Shown here piece by piece: positions 13,248 through 25,790 of a stretch of 64,000 nt of DNA; position 1 is the stretch's first letter, and each line of letters starts with the position of its first letter. The notes beneath the pieces were generated by a model that was not told the origin of the DNA, searched no databases, and was given only the letters and a program-made list of their open reading frames with translations. The translations under genes and the position numbers were made by a program. The DNA lies in assembly GCF_006345805.1 (NCBI RefSeq), contig NC_043016.1:14260001-14324000 (forward strand). Direction: 5' to 3'. Source of the DNA: Octopus sinensis. Taxonomy: Eukaryota.

Positions 13248-13419
13248 AGAAGAGAGAAGGAGAGAGAGTAGAGAAGAAAAGGGGGTAGGAAACTTAGATG
13301 TTGGGTAGTTAACAGTTATGTACCCCCCCGAATGCAGGTGCGTGTCTTTGGACGAAGTAGTAGACTAAAAGAAACAGAGGCAGTGAATGAGAGAAAAACG
13401 GAAGTCAAACTAGCCTTAC

Positions 13420-13480
13420 CTCAAATTCTTACACTACTCTTCTTCCGTTCTTATAGAATATGTTTTCACCAATTTATAAC
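13420..13480 (-). other. Candidate first/5'UTR exon of the - strand transcript (upstream boundary uncertain)
   Basis: Donor GAG|GTAAGG with the exon ending at 13420. ACGGAAG(T) ETS-like motifs nearby. Confidence 0.4.
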
Positions 13481-14083
13481 TTGTATTTTCTTCTAGAATT
13501 TTTCATTTTAAATCATAAGACAATTAATTTTATAAAGACAGTTCAAAAAATTATTTTTATCATAGATATCCAAGCCATATGCCAAAAAAGAGATATAGTT
13601 GCTCTTTAGCCCCAGGTCAACATGTTCAAGTAGAATTTATGACCAAAAGCTATAAACATCCTGTTTTCTTTTCCCCCTTTTTTTTTTGTTTTTGTCCCCC
13701 CGGAAGAATTCCAACTAACGTGTCATTCTTATTTGAATCGACGGAGTATATTTTAAGAGAGTCTATCAATCAAATATCACCCTGGCAGGTTCGATATCGT
13801 TCCTTGTGCTTCTCCTGTCCTCGCTGCTGAATATTATCATTTTCCGGTCTAATAGTTGCCCAATTTCACTCAAAATGAAATTTTAATTTTAAGATAATCT
13901 TGGACTGTGAAAAAAAAAAAGGGTGGACACATACAAAGTGTATAACCAAATATTGATGAAAACGAATGTTCAGATTGAATTTAATCTTAATTTAAGTATT
14001 TTTGTCTGAAATCTAGAAATCGTGTATCTAAACACTGTTCGTGGTGGGTTTTATGCAAAACTTGCCAATCTGTGGCTGTTCTC

Positions 14084-14136
<53 letters not shown>

Positions 14137-15176
14137 TGTATATATGTGTCTAAATATATATATAGTGTGTGTGTGTAAATAGTGTGTATATATGTGTCTA
14201 AATATATATAGTGTGTGTGTGTAAATAGTGTGTATGTATATAGTGTGTGTGTATATATGTGTCTATATATATAATGTGTGTAAATAGTGTGTATGTTTAT
14301 AGTGTGTGTTTGTATATATAGTGTGTTTATATATGTGTGTGTATGTTTGTGTTTATACTTTTGACATGTTTATTTTAATTTTAACGAGTGTCACAAATAA
14401 AACCTCTGGAATTCTTGTCTTCTCATTCCGATTGCAATTACAAAAAATGACATTAACACTTCTAATAGTTTTGGAAATGGCATTCACATCACCTCTCATT
14501 CACACACTCCAAAATAAAGCCATCGATAGAGCCTCTATGTCGTCGCGAAACCTGCCAGAAATAGCTGCCGAATCTTCCTCGACTCAAATTCTACCGACTT
14601 AGAAGAGGACACGTTGAATAATCAACCCTGGATTCCTCGCTCATGGGAAAGAAAAAGAACTAAGGGTCATGGATGGAATGCTATTGATAAGTTTACTCAG
14701 TCAGGCCTATCGTGGGGCTAAACAATATTACTCCACACAATGTACAAAAGTATTAACTTCATAATATTACTACACTATTGTCACTATTGGCAGTGAATAC
14801 AGAAAACAAAATAATTTTTTTCAGTTTTATATGTAAAAGTTTTAGTAAAAAAATTTGTTCTCGCTCTGGTTAATTATAAAAAATTAATTTTTTTGTGCTA
14901 ATTTAAAATCATGCCCGTTGTAGAATTCTACATTGAAGAGTACGAAGTGAAACTCAAGGAAGCGTAGTAAATATTTATGAACAAGTGCTTGTCTCAATAA
15001 TCATACACGCACCTTTCAAAACAATGGAAAGGAAAATGCGTTGTTTAATATTTAGATATCAATGAGCAATGACGAAAATACTGAAAATGAAAATATCTAA
15101 ATAAACCACACACACCACATATTTCACTTCCGCTATCTGTCTCTTTCTCTCTCATGCCCCCTCTCTCTCTGTATTT

Positions 15177-15261
<85 letters not shown>

Positions 15262-15294
15262 TATATATTATATATATATCCATTATATATATAT

Positions 15295-15332
<38 letters not shown>

Positions 15333-15426
15333 TTCACCATGTGCAACTCGTAAACACCAGTCGTCTTTTTTCTCTTTCCCTGTTGCCCGCTCTGGGATCT
15401 TTCTTTCCTCTCTCTTCCTTCTTTAT

Positions 15427-15461
15427 GTTTCCGACGAAGAGCTCCGCTCGAAACGTCATAC
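15427..15461 (+). ncRNA. Variant minimal hammerhead (CCGACGA core) in a Penelope pLTR-like repeat
   Basis: GTTT-CCGACGA-A-GAGC(TCC)GCTC-GAAACGTC/ATAC. U4C change, one stem I mismatch, zero-loop palindromic stem III. Confidence 0.5.
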
Positions 15462-15547
15462 CTCCCTGCTTCCATTTCCTGAGCGCCTATTAATAATAAT
15501 ACTGTAATTGTTCCATTGTTGTTGTTTTTTTGTTTCCCGTTTGGATT

Positions 15548-15611
<64 letters not shown>

Positions 15612-15612
<1 letters not shown>

Positions 15613-15786
15613 GGAGTAAACATAAATGTGAAACAAGGTGGAAAAAAGAGTACTCAAATACCAGGGTAGAGTAATCTGCTTTATTTAAAGCAACAGAAAA
15701 TTCAACAAAACCTGTTACTCTGAGTTTCCCCAACGGGAAACTCAGAGTAACAGGTTTTGTTGAATTTTCTGCTGCTTTAAATAAAG
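15612..15786. repeat. Penelope pLTR-like fragment ending in a 52-bp-arm inverted duplication (15679-15730 / 15735-15786)
   Basis: Arms are reverse complements with one mismatch and a 4-nt loop CAAC. Same family as 10110-10295. Confidence 0.85.
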
Positions 15787-16319
15787 TATATATATATATA
15801 TATACGTCCAATTTTTCCCGTGATCACAAGAATTGAATGGAATTTGTTAAGGTGGATTTTCTACAGCCATATTCCCATTCCGGTGACAGAATGGGCATCT
15901 GATATTTCCTCAGGATCTAACATGTTTTTACAGATGAATGGAAACAAAAAAACACTGTACCACCTGCATGGCAGAGACACACGTTTACAACTCATGTGAT
16001 GCCGAGGCAAGGAGCTTGTAACACACATACATACAACAGGTTTCTTTCAGTTGCTATCTACCAAATCCACTCACAAGGCCTTGTTCAAACCAGAGCTGTA
16101 GCAGAAGATGCCCAGAGTGTCACACGGCGAGGCTGTACATAGAACCACGTTATTGGAAAGCAAACTTGTTATCCTACAGCCATGCACACACACACACAGA
16201 GTTGTAAGAAGAATACAACTAATGACAACCATGGAAAATAATCTTATTGAAAGTAATGCAACTGTAGGACAACTGATAATTGTCCCTCTAATGATAGCTG
16301 TAGATTAAAAAATATCTAT

Positions 16320-16973
16320 ACGTAAAAGCACCATCCGTTCGTGGCCGTTTGCCAGCCCTGTCTGGCCCCTGTGTCGGTGGCACGTAAAAGCACCATCCGT
16401 TCATGTTCGTTGCCAGCCTCGCCTGGCACTCGTGCCGGTGACATGTAAAAGCACCATCCGTTTGTGGCCGTTTGCCAGCTCTGTCTGGCCCCCGTGCCGG
16501 TGACACGTAAAAGCACCATCCGTTTGTGGCCGTTTGCCAACCCTGTCTGGCCCCCGTGTCGGTGACATGTAAAAGCACCATCCGTTCGTGTCCGTTGCCA
16601 GCCTCGCCTGGCCCCCGTGCCGGTGACATGTAAAAGCACCATCCGTTTCGTGGCCGTTTGCCAGCTCTGTCTGGCCCCCGTGTTGGTGGCACGTAAAAGC
16701 ACCATCCATTCGTGTCCGTTGCCAGCCTCGCCTGGCCCCCGTGCCGGTGACACGTAAAAGCACCATCCGTTCGTGGCCGTTTGCCAGCTCTGTCTGGCAC
16801 CTGTGCGGGTGGCACGTAAAAAGCACCCACTACACTCACGGAGTGGTTGGCGTTAGGAAGGGCATCCAGCCGGAGAAACACTGCCAGATCTGACTGGGCC
16901 TGATGAAGCCTTCCAGCTTCACAGACCCCAGTTGAACCGTCCAACCCATGCTAGCATGGAGAACGGACGCTAA

Positions 16974-17011
<38 letters not shown>

Positions 17012-17012
17012 A
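16320..17012 (+). repeat. RTE-family 3' end with eight 61-63 bp tandem units, conserved core and (GAT)n tail
   Basis: GTAAAAGCACC recurs at 16322, 16384, 16445, 16507, 16569, 16630, 16693 and 16754, followed by the core CCCACTACACTC..GGAAGGGCATCCAGC..CCAACCCATGCTAGCATGG. Confidence 0.85.
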
Positions 17013-18501
17013 TAAATGTACTGTCCTTAATAAATCCCAGATCTAAACTAAAATATTTTAAGCATCAATTTTTAGCACATCTTGGCTCATTTGCCCTTGC
17101 AAATTATGAAACTCCTATCTCACCAGCTAACCATATACCCCTTTACTAGAATAATAGCATTGCCTGCAGGAAAGCTTTGACAGGTTATTAGGGCTCCTAA
17201 GAGATCAATACAATAAAAGGATCTGTCAAAATCTTAAAGTGTCATCCCCATTACCTTTCCAACTGCCAAAGTAAAGCTCTTACCATTTGTGTTCATTGGT
17301 TCTTTAAAACATCCTGATTTTTCCATAGATCAGTATGTCATGCCTTGAATAGGCATAACATTTTGCCTGCCCACCTGGTAATTAGGGCTTGTAATTACCT
17401 TTGCTTATTCTTATTCTTTGTTACTTTTAAGTCATCATCATTATCATCAGCATCTAACATCTGTTTTCCATGCTGGCATGGGTTGAACAATTTGACAGGA
17501 GCTGGCAAGTCGGAGACTTGCACCAGGTATTACTGTCTGTTTGGCAGGGTTTTTACAGCTGGATGCCCTTCCTAACGATAAATACCTTACAGAGTGGATT
17601 GGATGCTTTTTATGTGGCACCAACACTGGCAAGGTCTATTTTGGCATGGGTTTTACAGCTGGTTGTTCTTCCAAACACCAAACACTTTACAGTGTGGATT
17701 GGATGCTTTTGACAAGGCACCACCAGGGTTATCGAGTAACTCACAAGACAAAGATCATTTGAGAAGGGGTGGGCATTGGATGAGTGGCCTTGTGCCAGGT
17801 GATGAGAAGTTAGAGCGTGACAAATGGACTAAAACAGGTATTTTGCTGTAACATGGTTATGACAGTCAAAGGGAGAAAGAGACAGACAGATGATCATGAA
17901 TGAGTGTGGAAGAGAGTGAGAGTGAAAGAGAGAGAGAAAAAGAGAGCAAGGGTGAGAGAGTAAGGAAATGAGAATATAAATGTGATGGTTGAGTATTACC
18001 AAAAATGTAATTGTTACTCTACCACTGGGCTACTTATGCCTTCCTTCCTCAATCAGGCTCAAACTGTTGGATTTCATATCAACATGCTTGATTTAATGTC
18101 TCCATTAAATTTATGACCTTTTCCCCTTAACCAGCCATTGTCATTCTAGAAATGCATGCACATATCATTTAACATATTCTTCTCTTATCTCAGCATATTT
18201 TTTTCTCCTTTTCACGTCTAACCATATCTCCTTTATTTTTAATTTATTTGTACTCACTACTCTTAGCCCAGATCACCTGCCCTATACAAAGCCTTCATAG
18301 CTATTCTATTCTTTAATCATTTCTTCATTTTCTCTCCCACACCTAAATTTTACCTTTGTCCCTCACCTTTTCCCAATTTTAAGGCCACAATATTCTTCCA
18401 ATCTTCCCCACTTCTCCCTTCATTTCCTATACCCTCCTATTAACCATCTCACACCTATAGATTCTATCTCGCCTATCTTTATCATTGCCAACCATCGAGT
18501 A

Positions 18502-18722
18502 CAATGATTCTCAACCATTTTTTGTCTACAGAACCCCTTTCATTTCTACTGGAGCATCATGGCCATTCAATGTTTCAAAAAATTCTATTATATTTTCATA
18601 ATTAAATATTAGGAATTGTACAGAAAAATTGTTAAAATAGTCTGTGTATTATAGAAATATAACCAATTTATTGCTGGTGACTTTTAACAAAATCATATAT
18701 GAATCCTGGTTGAGAATCACTA
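18502..18722. mobile_element. hAT/Charlie-like MITE
   Basis: TIR CAATGATTCTCAACC / GGTTGAGAATCACTA. Flanks ATCGAGTA / ATTTAGTA. Confidence 0.7.
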
Positions 18723-19801
18723 ATTTAGTATATTTGACCAATGTATCTTCCTCACCCTGTGGAACTGTAGATATTTACATCTTTCCTGAGACATTCTATT
18801 TCCTCTGCTGCTCTACAAGACATTCTGATGACGGGATGAGTTACCAGTAATACACATTCTGCACCTGATTATACAAACTACCCCAGAAACAACTGCAAAG
18901 TGCTGTCAACACATTTCTTTTCAATCAATAAAATATTTTCCCAGTAGTGATACTATGGACTTTACTTACCTATCAAATTTCCTTTCCCAAAAACCAAGGT
19001 GCTGCATAACAAAACATTGATGCTGATGCCATGGAAAAAGCTCTGTACTGGTTCCACATGAAAAGCACTGTTGCTAGTGCCATGTAAAATGCAGTCATGC
19101 TGGTGCCATTTGAAAAGCACTGGTAATGGTGCCATATAGAAAATCACTGGCACTGATGCCATGTAAAAAGTAACGATTACGGTTCCATGTAAAAAGCACG
19201 GGTGGTGATACCATGTAAAAAGCACCCAGTACACTCTGTAATGTGGCTGGGATTAGGAAAGGCATCTGGCTATAAAAACGAAGCCAAAACAGACTATGGA
19301 GCCTGGTGCAGCCCCTGGTCTTGCCACATCCCATCAAGCTGTCCAATCCATGCCAACAAGGAAAACTGACATTAAATGAATGATGATAATGATGAGGAGG
19401 AGGAGGGAGAGGATGATCTAAGTCAACTCAAATTATTTTCTGTCTCATCTTGTCTGCATCTGAATCATTATGATCTTTCCCCTTCTGGGTCTTTCCTGGT
19501 TTTCTTTGTCTATGCCCCTCTCCCCACCACCACGACTGCTCTTCCTAAAACTCCTCCCTCATCATCGTTTAATGTCCGTTTTCCATGCTAGCATGGGTTG
19601 GACGGTTCGACCGGGGTCTGGGAAGCCAGGGGCTGCACCAGGCTCCAGTCTGATCTGGCAGTGTTTCTACAGCTGGATGCCCTTCCTAACGCCAACCACT
19701 CTGCGAGTGTAGTGGGTGCCTTTTACGTGCCACCTGCACAGGTGCCAGGGGAGTCTGGCATCGGCCACGATCGGTTGGTGCGTTTAACGTGCCACCCGCA
19801 C

Positions 19802-19892
<91 letters not shown>
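19802..19892. repeat. (GATA)n microsatellite
   Basis: Directly visible. Confidence 0.97.
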
Positions 19893-19893
<1 letters not shown>

Positions 19894-21366
19894 TACACTC
19901 ACACCAGAGAAAGCACATAAATGTGAAATAAGGTGGAAGAAAATAGTTCTTGAATACAGCTTTCTTAATAAAGTCTACATAGATAGGCAACGACAGGAGA
20001 CTGGGACCTTTGGAGATATTTCTGTGATTGAGAAGACCTGACAACTAAAGTGAGATCACAGCCATGCACATCCGGCCCTGTTAAGAATACCCTTGATGCG
20101 TCGGGCGATATGATATGCTTGAGAAGACCTGTTGAGTCAAGTGAAACCAATATCGTAGCTGCGGCCAGTGCCCCCTGACTGGCCTCTGTGCCAGTGGCAC
20201 ATAAAAAGCACCACATGAACATGGCCGATGACAGTACCCCCACACTGGCTCCCGTGCTAGTGGCATTTAAAAAGAACCCACTACACTCTCAGAGTGGTTG
20301 GCGTCAGGAAAGGCATCCAGCTGTAGAAACATTGCCAGATCAGATTGGAGTCTGGTGCAGCTGCTGGCTCTCTAGACCTCAGTCAAACAATCCAACCCAT
20401 GTCAGCATGGAAAACGACTGGAAAGCAAACCCTTCATTTTCCCTGCAACTTGTATCCCTTACCATTCTGTCAAAAGACAATGTTTATTCTGACCACTCTA
20501 ACCACAACATTTCATGTCTTTGTACAATATTAAAAAAATTTTTTTTACGGCAGCTTCCAGATTATACTGAGACTAACAAATTGAACAATACTGAAATTAT
20601 GATGATATTTAGACAACAATGGATGAGAGGTAGAGGATTTTTGGATTTGCCTGTGTGTAGGTGTGTGTGTGTTTTTTCTTTTCTCTTTTACGGCAAATTT
20701 TTTCGTCATCCCTCTGTGCTACCTTTCATAATTTTATGTATGTACATATGTACGTTGTGTGTGTGTGTGCGCGTGTAGTTATTTATTCGCTGATTGATTT
20801 ATATAAAATAATTGATTCAGAATGTGAAATTAGTGAGAAAACGACTCCTGGTTGTTTAGCTGTTTGGTTCTGCGTGATAAGCGTCCGAGTACAGTTTGTT
20901 TTATTGGTAGTTCAGCTCACCTAATGAGATTGGCAGCTTACAACTGGGAGGTAACTTCAGCAAAGTGGGTGGGATTACTCTCCCTTTGTTCTACTTCAAG
21001 ATTCTAATGATTAAAATTTCAGTAAAATTTTTTCTCAGATGAAATTTTCAATGAAGCAATTATATTGTTTACGCAGGCAAATATGAAATCTTCAAAATGT
21101 GTTGATATCTCCCTGGTTTGTAAACCACACACACACACACACACAAAATATATATATTTATTTATATACATACATATCTTTTATATCTTTCAGTCATTTG
21201 ACTGCAGCCATGTTGGAGCACCGCCTTGAAGGGTTTTAGTCGAAGAAATCGATCCTAAGACTTATTTTATCAGTCTCTTCTGCTGAACTGCTAAGTTACG
21301 GACACATAAACACACCAGCACTGGTTTTCAAGTAGCGGTGGTGGGGACAAACACAGACACACACAG

Positions 21367-22940
21367 TATGCGGGAGAGAATCGTGATGTCATAAGAGAGA
21401 AATGTGTCTGCATGGATGATGGCTCACTTGCATTTAGTGATGCTGCAAAGAGAGAGACTTGGAGACGCTACTATGAAAGGTTGCTCAAAAAAGAGAATGA
21501 ATGGGAGAAAGAGAGTCTGCTGAATGTTGACCCAACAGAAGGACCAGCTATTCCAATTGACAGTACCTTGGTAGATAAAGCAATAAAGGGCATGAAGACA
21601 GGGAAAGCCTCCGGCCTATCAGGAATCACTGCTGAGATGTTTAAAATATGGATACTAGGGATAGATGAGTGGTTGGTGAGAGCTATACAAGCCATGTACA
21701 GGGATGTTGTCAGTAAGGTGAGGGTTGGCAACAAGTATAGTATAATGGGTAGAAGTAGGGGTCCACCAAGGATCAGTCCTCAGCCCCTCTTATTCATAGT
21801 TTGCCAGGTAATAACAGGAATTTAAGTCAGGTTGCCCCTGGGAGCTCCTCTATACTTATGACCTTGCTCTAATAGCTGAGTCACTACCAGAACTAGAGAA
21901 GAAGTTTCAGATGTGGAAGCAAGGTCTAGAATCCAAGGGCCTTGGAATCAATGTAGCAAAAATCAAAGTCTTAGTAAGTAAGAAGGTGGACGAACCACAA
22001 ATCCCTTCAGGTAGGTGGCCCTGCTTGATCTGTAGAAAAGGCAAAGGTAGAAACTCCATAAGATGTACTTGGTGTAAGGTATGGACACATAAGAGGTGCA
22101 GCAATATCAAAGGAAGGTTCACTGGGAAGATAGATTTCGTGTGTGGGAGATGCACAGGAGCAATAAACACTGAAAATGTGCAGAAAACAGGTTCCATCAC
22201 ATGCCAGGAGGAAAAAATAGAAATAGCTGATAGCTTCCGTTACCTAGGTGACCAAGGCAATAGTGGGGGTAAATGCCCTGAGAGTGTAGCTGCTAGAATA
22301 AGAATAGCCTGGGCAAAGTTCAGAGAACACTTACCTCTGCCGGTAACAAACACCCCTCACTCAGTATGAAAGGTAGACTGTATGATGCATGCGTGCAAAC
22401 AGCTGTGTTACACAGCAATGAAACATAGGCTGTGTTTGCTGAGGACATGTGTAGGCTTGAAAGAAATGAAGCTAGTATGGGAGAAAAGTTGGACATAAGC
22501 ATGAGGGTATGGTCCTGTGTTGCATATGGATGAGGACAGCTGTGTGAGGAAGTGTCACACCCTAACAGTGGAAGGAATCTGTGGAAGAGGTACACCCAAG
22601 AAGACATGGGATTTGGTGGTGAAGCACAACTTTTGAACGTTGGGCCTCATAGAGGCAATGACAAGCAACCAAGACCTTTGGAGATATGCTGTGCTTGAGA
22701 AGACCCAGGAATCCAAGTGAGATCATAGCCATGGCCAATGCCAGTGTCACATAACCGGCCCATTTTAAAGTTACCCTTCCATCGTCAAGCAATATGCTGA
22801 GCTTCAAAAGACTTGTTGAGTCTAGTGAAATCGTAGTCGTGGATGATGCCAGTGCTGCTTGACTGGCACCTGTGCCACTGGCAAGTAAAAAACACCATTT
22901 GAGTGTGGCTGATGCTAGTGCCTGTGGCATGTATAAAGTA
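21367..22940 (+). mobile_element. RTE-clade LINE, 5'-truncated and internally deleted ORF2, followed by a 3'UTR tandem module
   Basis: KGMKTGKASGLSGITAEM, QGSVLSPLLF and LYTYDLAL (YADD decayed, 21851-21862). Cys/His finger and RIAWAKFRE. Frameshifted. Confidence 0.9.
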
Positions 22941-23155
22941 CCTATTTCTTTACTACCCACAAGGGGCTACACACAGAGGGGACAAACGGATTGAGTCGAT
23001 TATATCGACCCCAGTACGTAACTGGTACTTAATCTATCGACCCCGAAAGGCGAAGTCGACCTCGGCGGAATTTGAACTCAGAACGTAGCGGCAGACGAAA
23101 TACGGCTGTGCATTTCGCCCGGCGTACTAACGTTTCTGCCAGCTTGCCGCCTTAA
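22940..23155 (-). mobile_element. SINE with Nin/Deu-like central domain (other copies about 12000-12240- and 47160-47330+)
   Basis: - strand GTTCTGAGTTCAAATTCCGCCGAGGTCGAC..GGGGTCGATAGATTAAGTACC. Domain name assigned from recall. Confidence 0.6.
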
Positions 23156-23668
23156 ATGTGGCATTTATAAAGTACCATTTGAGCATGGTCGATGCCAGTG
23201 CTACCTGACTGGGTCCCATGCCAGTGGCACACAAGAAGTACTATTTAAGCGTGGTCAAGCCCAATGCCACCTGACTAGCCCCTGTACTGGTAGCACATAA
23301 AATGCACCACTGCCACCAACAACAACAACAACATCTCCATCCCTCTCTCATCCTCTTTTTCTCTGACTGTCCACAGCTTCTCTACCCTCTTAACACCCCA
23401 ACACCCTTTCTGATCTTCCCTCTCCAACTAACCTGCGCACCGCTCCCATCCCAATCTCCTTCAGTTACAATCTTAGGATTCCTCTCCACTTTAGACTCTT
23501 CCTCCTTTCCTGTCTCCTCTCTCTCATGCCTTCTGTCCATACTCACTCCTTATATAACGTTTGGCAACCCTAGAACACCCCATACCCTTACACAACTCAC
23601 CCTATCACTTTTTCCACCCTACCCCTCTTTTTTTTCTCAACTCTTCCCTCTCTCCTGTTTCCTGTCAT

Positions 23669-23825
23669 CAGGGGTAGACTGAGCTGTCAGTCAGTCAATC
23701 ACTGCCCTAGAGCCCAGAGCTCTGAGGGGCCTGAACTCTAATGTTAACTCTACTAAAACACATATTCAAAGGGGCCCAGTAAACAGTTATGCCCAAGGGC
23801 CCTTAATACTCTCAGTCTACCCTTA
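23669..23825. mobile_element. hAT-type MITE
   Basis: TIR CAGGGGTAGACTGAG / CTCAGTCTACCCTTA. TSD CCTGTCAT / CATGTCAT. Confidence 0.8.
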
Positions 23826-24779
23826 CATGTCATGTTCCCTCATCCTCTCTTCTTATTCACTTTTTATCATACCCCTGCTTAGGATCTCCATCCATACTCT
23901 CTTCTATTCTCATTTGGTTATAAGGGTTACTCTTGGGCCGTATCTTTGTAAGTTGCGAACCAATTCAGCACATATGTTAATAACTTGAAAAAAAAAACCC
24001 ACTCTGTTAAGTGAATGCCTTCTCCAAGTGGAGTAAGGAGTGGAAACCCCAGCATAAAAACTATGATAATGTAGACACTGGAGTGTGATGCATTTCTCTG
24101 ATCTATTAGATCCTCTCAACCACCCAACATATGCAAGTATGGAAGCAAAACATTAACTGATGATGTGTGTGCACTTATATATAAATGCATGTGTGTGTGG
24201 GAACTGTTAAGTTATGGGGATGTAAACAAACCAACAATAGTTGTCAAGTGGTGTGTGTATGTATGTCTGTACGTAACAAAGATACACACATACATGCACA
24301 CAAACCCCCACACATCATCATCCTCATCAACATGTAATGTCCATTTCGTCATTCAACAAGTCAGCTGGCAAGTCAGAGGACTGCACCAAAGGTCAAGTGT
24401 CTGCTTTGGAATGGTTTCTACAATTGGATGCCCTTCATAACATGTATATATTTATCTATATATATATATATATATCTACAGCTGGATGCCCTTCCTAACG
24501 CCAACCACTCTGCGAGTGTAGTGGGCACGTAAAAAGCACCCACTACACTCATGGAGTGGTTGGCATTAGGAAGGGCATCCAGCTGTAGAAACTCTGCCAG
24601 ATCAGACTGGAGCCTGGTGCAGCCCCTGGCTTCCCAGACCCCAGTCAAACCGTCCAACCCGTGCTAGCGTGAAAAACAGACGTTAAACAATGATGATGAT
24701 GATGATGATATATATATATAAATAGTGAGAATTTATAAAAAAAACATAAGATGAAGATGAGTGTGTAAACAACAAACAG

Positions 24780-25790
24780 ATGTATTTGTTTAACGCTCGG
24801 GAATTGAAAAAGTCTTTTACATTTTGAGCCCACGCTCTTCAACAGAAAGGAACACAGAAATATATGGGCAACTGTCTTCTAGTATAGCCTCAGGCCAACC
24901 AAAGCTTTCCCAGTGGGTTTGGTAGATGGTAACTGATAGAACCCCATCGTATATATATACATACATACAAGGAAGTAGGTGTGAGAGGAAGAGAGGAGAA
25001 GGGAGGAGGGTTAGATGAAGTGGGGAGGGTAGTTGATCCCATGTGGCACAAAGGAGAGAAGAGAGAAGATTAATCCTTATTCATGGTGTGAAGATGCGAG
25101 TCCAGATGGCCCCTGTGCAAGGACAATCCGAACACAGACAGGTGTTGTAAAGAGTGACCAGTAGAGTGGAAATGGCATGAGACTGGGGTGTCGTTGCTGA
25201 GTCTGATGTCTCAGAGGTGTTCCATGAATCAGTCAGGCAAGCAGCGTCCCATTTGACCAATGTATAGAGAAGGACAGAGAGAGCCGGAGATGCAGTAGAT
25301 GATGTTGCTAGAAGTGCAGGTGAAGGAGTCAGTGATATGATAGGGTCGATGATGGGTACCTGTGAGGAGGGTGGTGTTGGAGAGGTAAGGGCAAGTGCGG
25401 AAGTGTGGGCAGGAGCAGGGGGACAAGCTGGATTGGGAGGTTGGGTGAGGGAAGAAGCAGTGGACCAAGAGGTCTCATAGGTTGTGGGCTCATTTGAAGA
25501 GGGGAGGTGTCGGTTAGGGAAGATGTGCGAAGTGGAAGGGTCAGACTGGAGTCACTGGAAGGCTCAGAGAATGGTGCATTTACCTTTCCCCTGGATAACA
25601 GCTGGTATGCATGGGTGACTGTTAGTCTTCCACAAATAACCTTGCTCAGACTTGTGCCTTGGGAACTTTCTAGAAGCAATCCCATGGTCATTCATGACCG
25701 AAGAAGGTCTTTACCCTTTACCCTTTACCTGAATAAGGATTTCTCTTATAGCCACTTTTGATGCTGAGGCACTGGACCTTGGTGGAAGAA
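24780..25790 (-). mobile_element. Penelope-like retroelement 3' part with GIY-YIG endonuclease remnant and degenerate hammerhead (24814-24849); SINE piece inserted at about 24860-24960
   Basis: CPHFRTCPYLSNTT...FTCTSSNIIYCISGSLCPSLYIGQMGRCLPD (25468-25229) matches the Penelope GIY-YIG pattern. Frameshifted. Confidence 0.8.

Noticed and set aside
16320-16830. CRISPR-like repeat/spacer array
   Set aside because: The whole unit is repeated with only two variants, so there are no unique spacers. No cas genes, eukaryotic context, and contiguous with the RTE tail.
18826-18850. Further hammerheads at isolated CTGATGA hits (also about 37428, 52542, 55723)
   Set aside because: No stem II plus GAAA or matching stem I.
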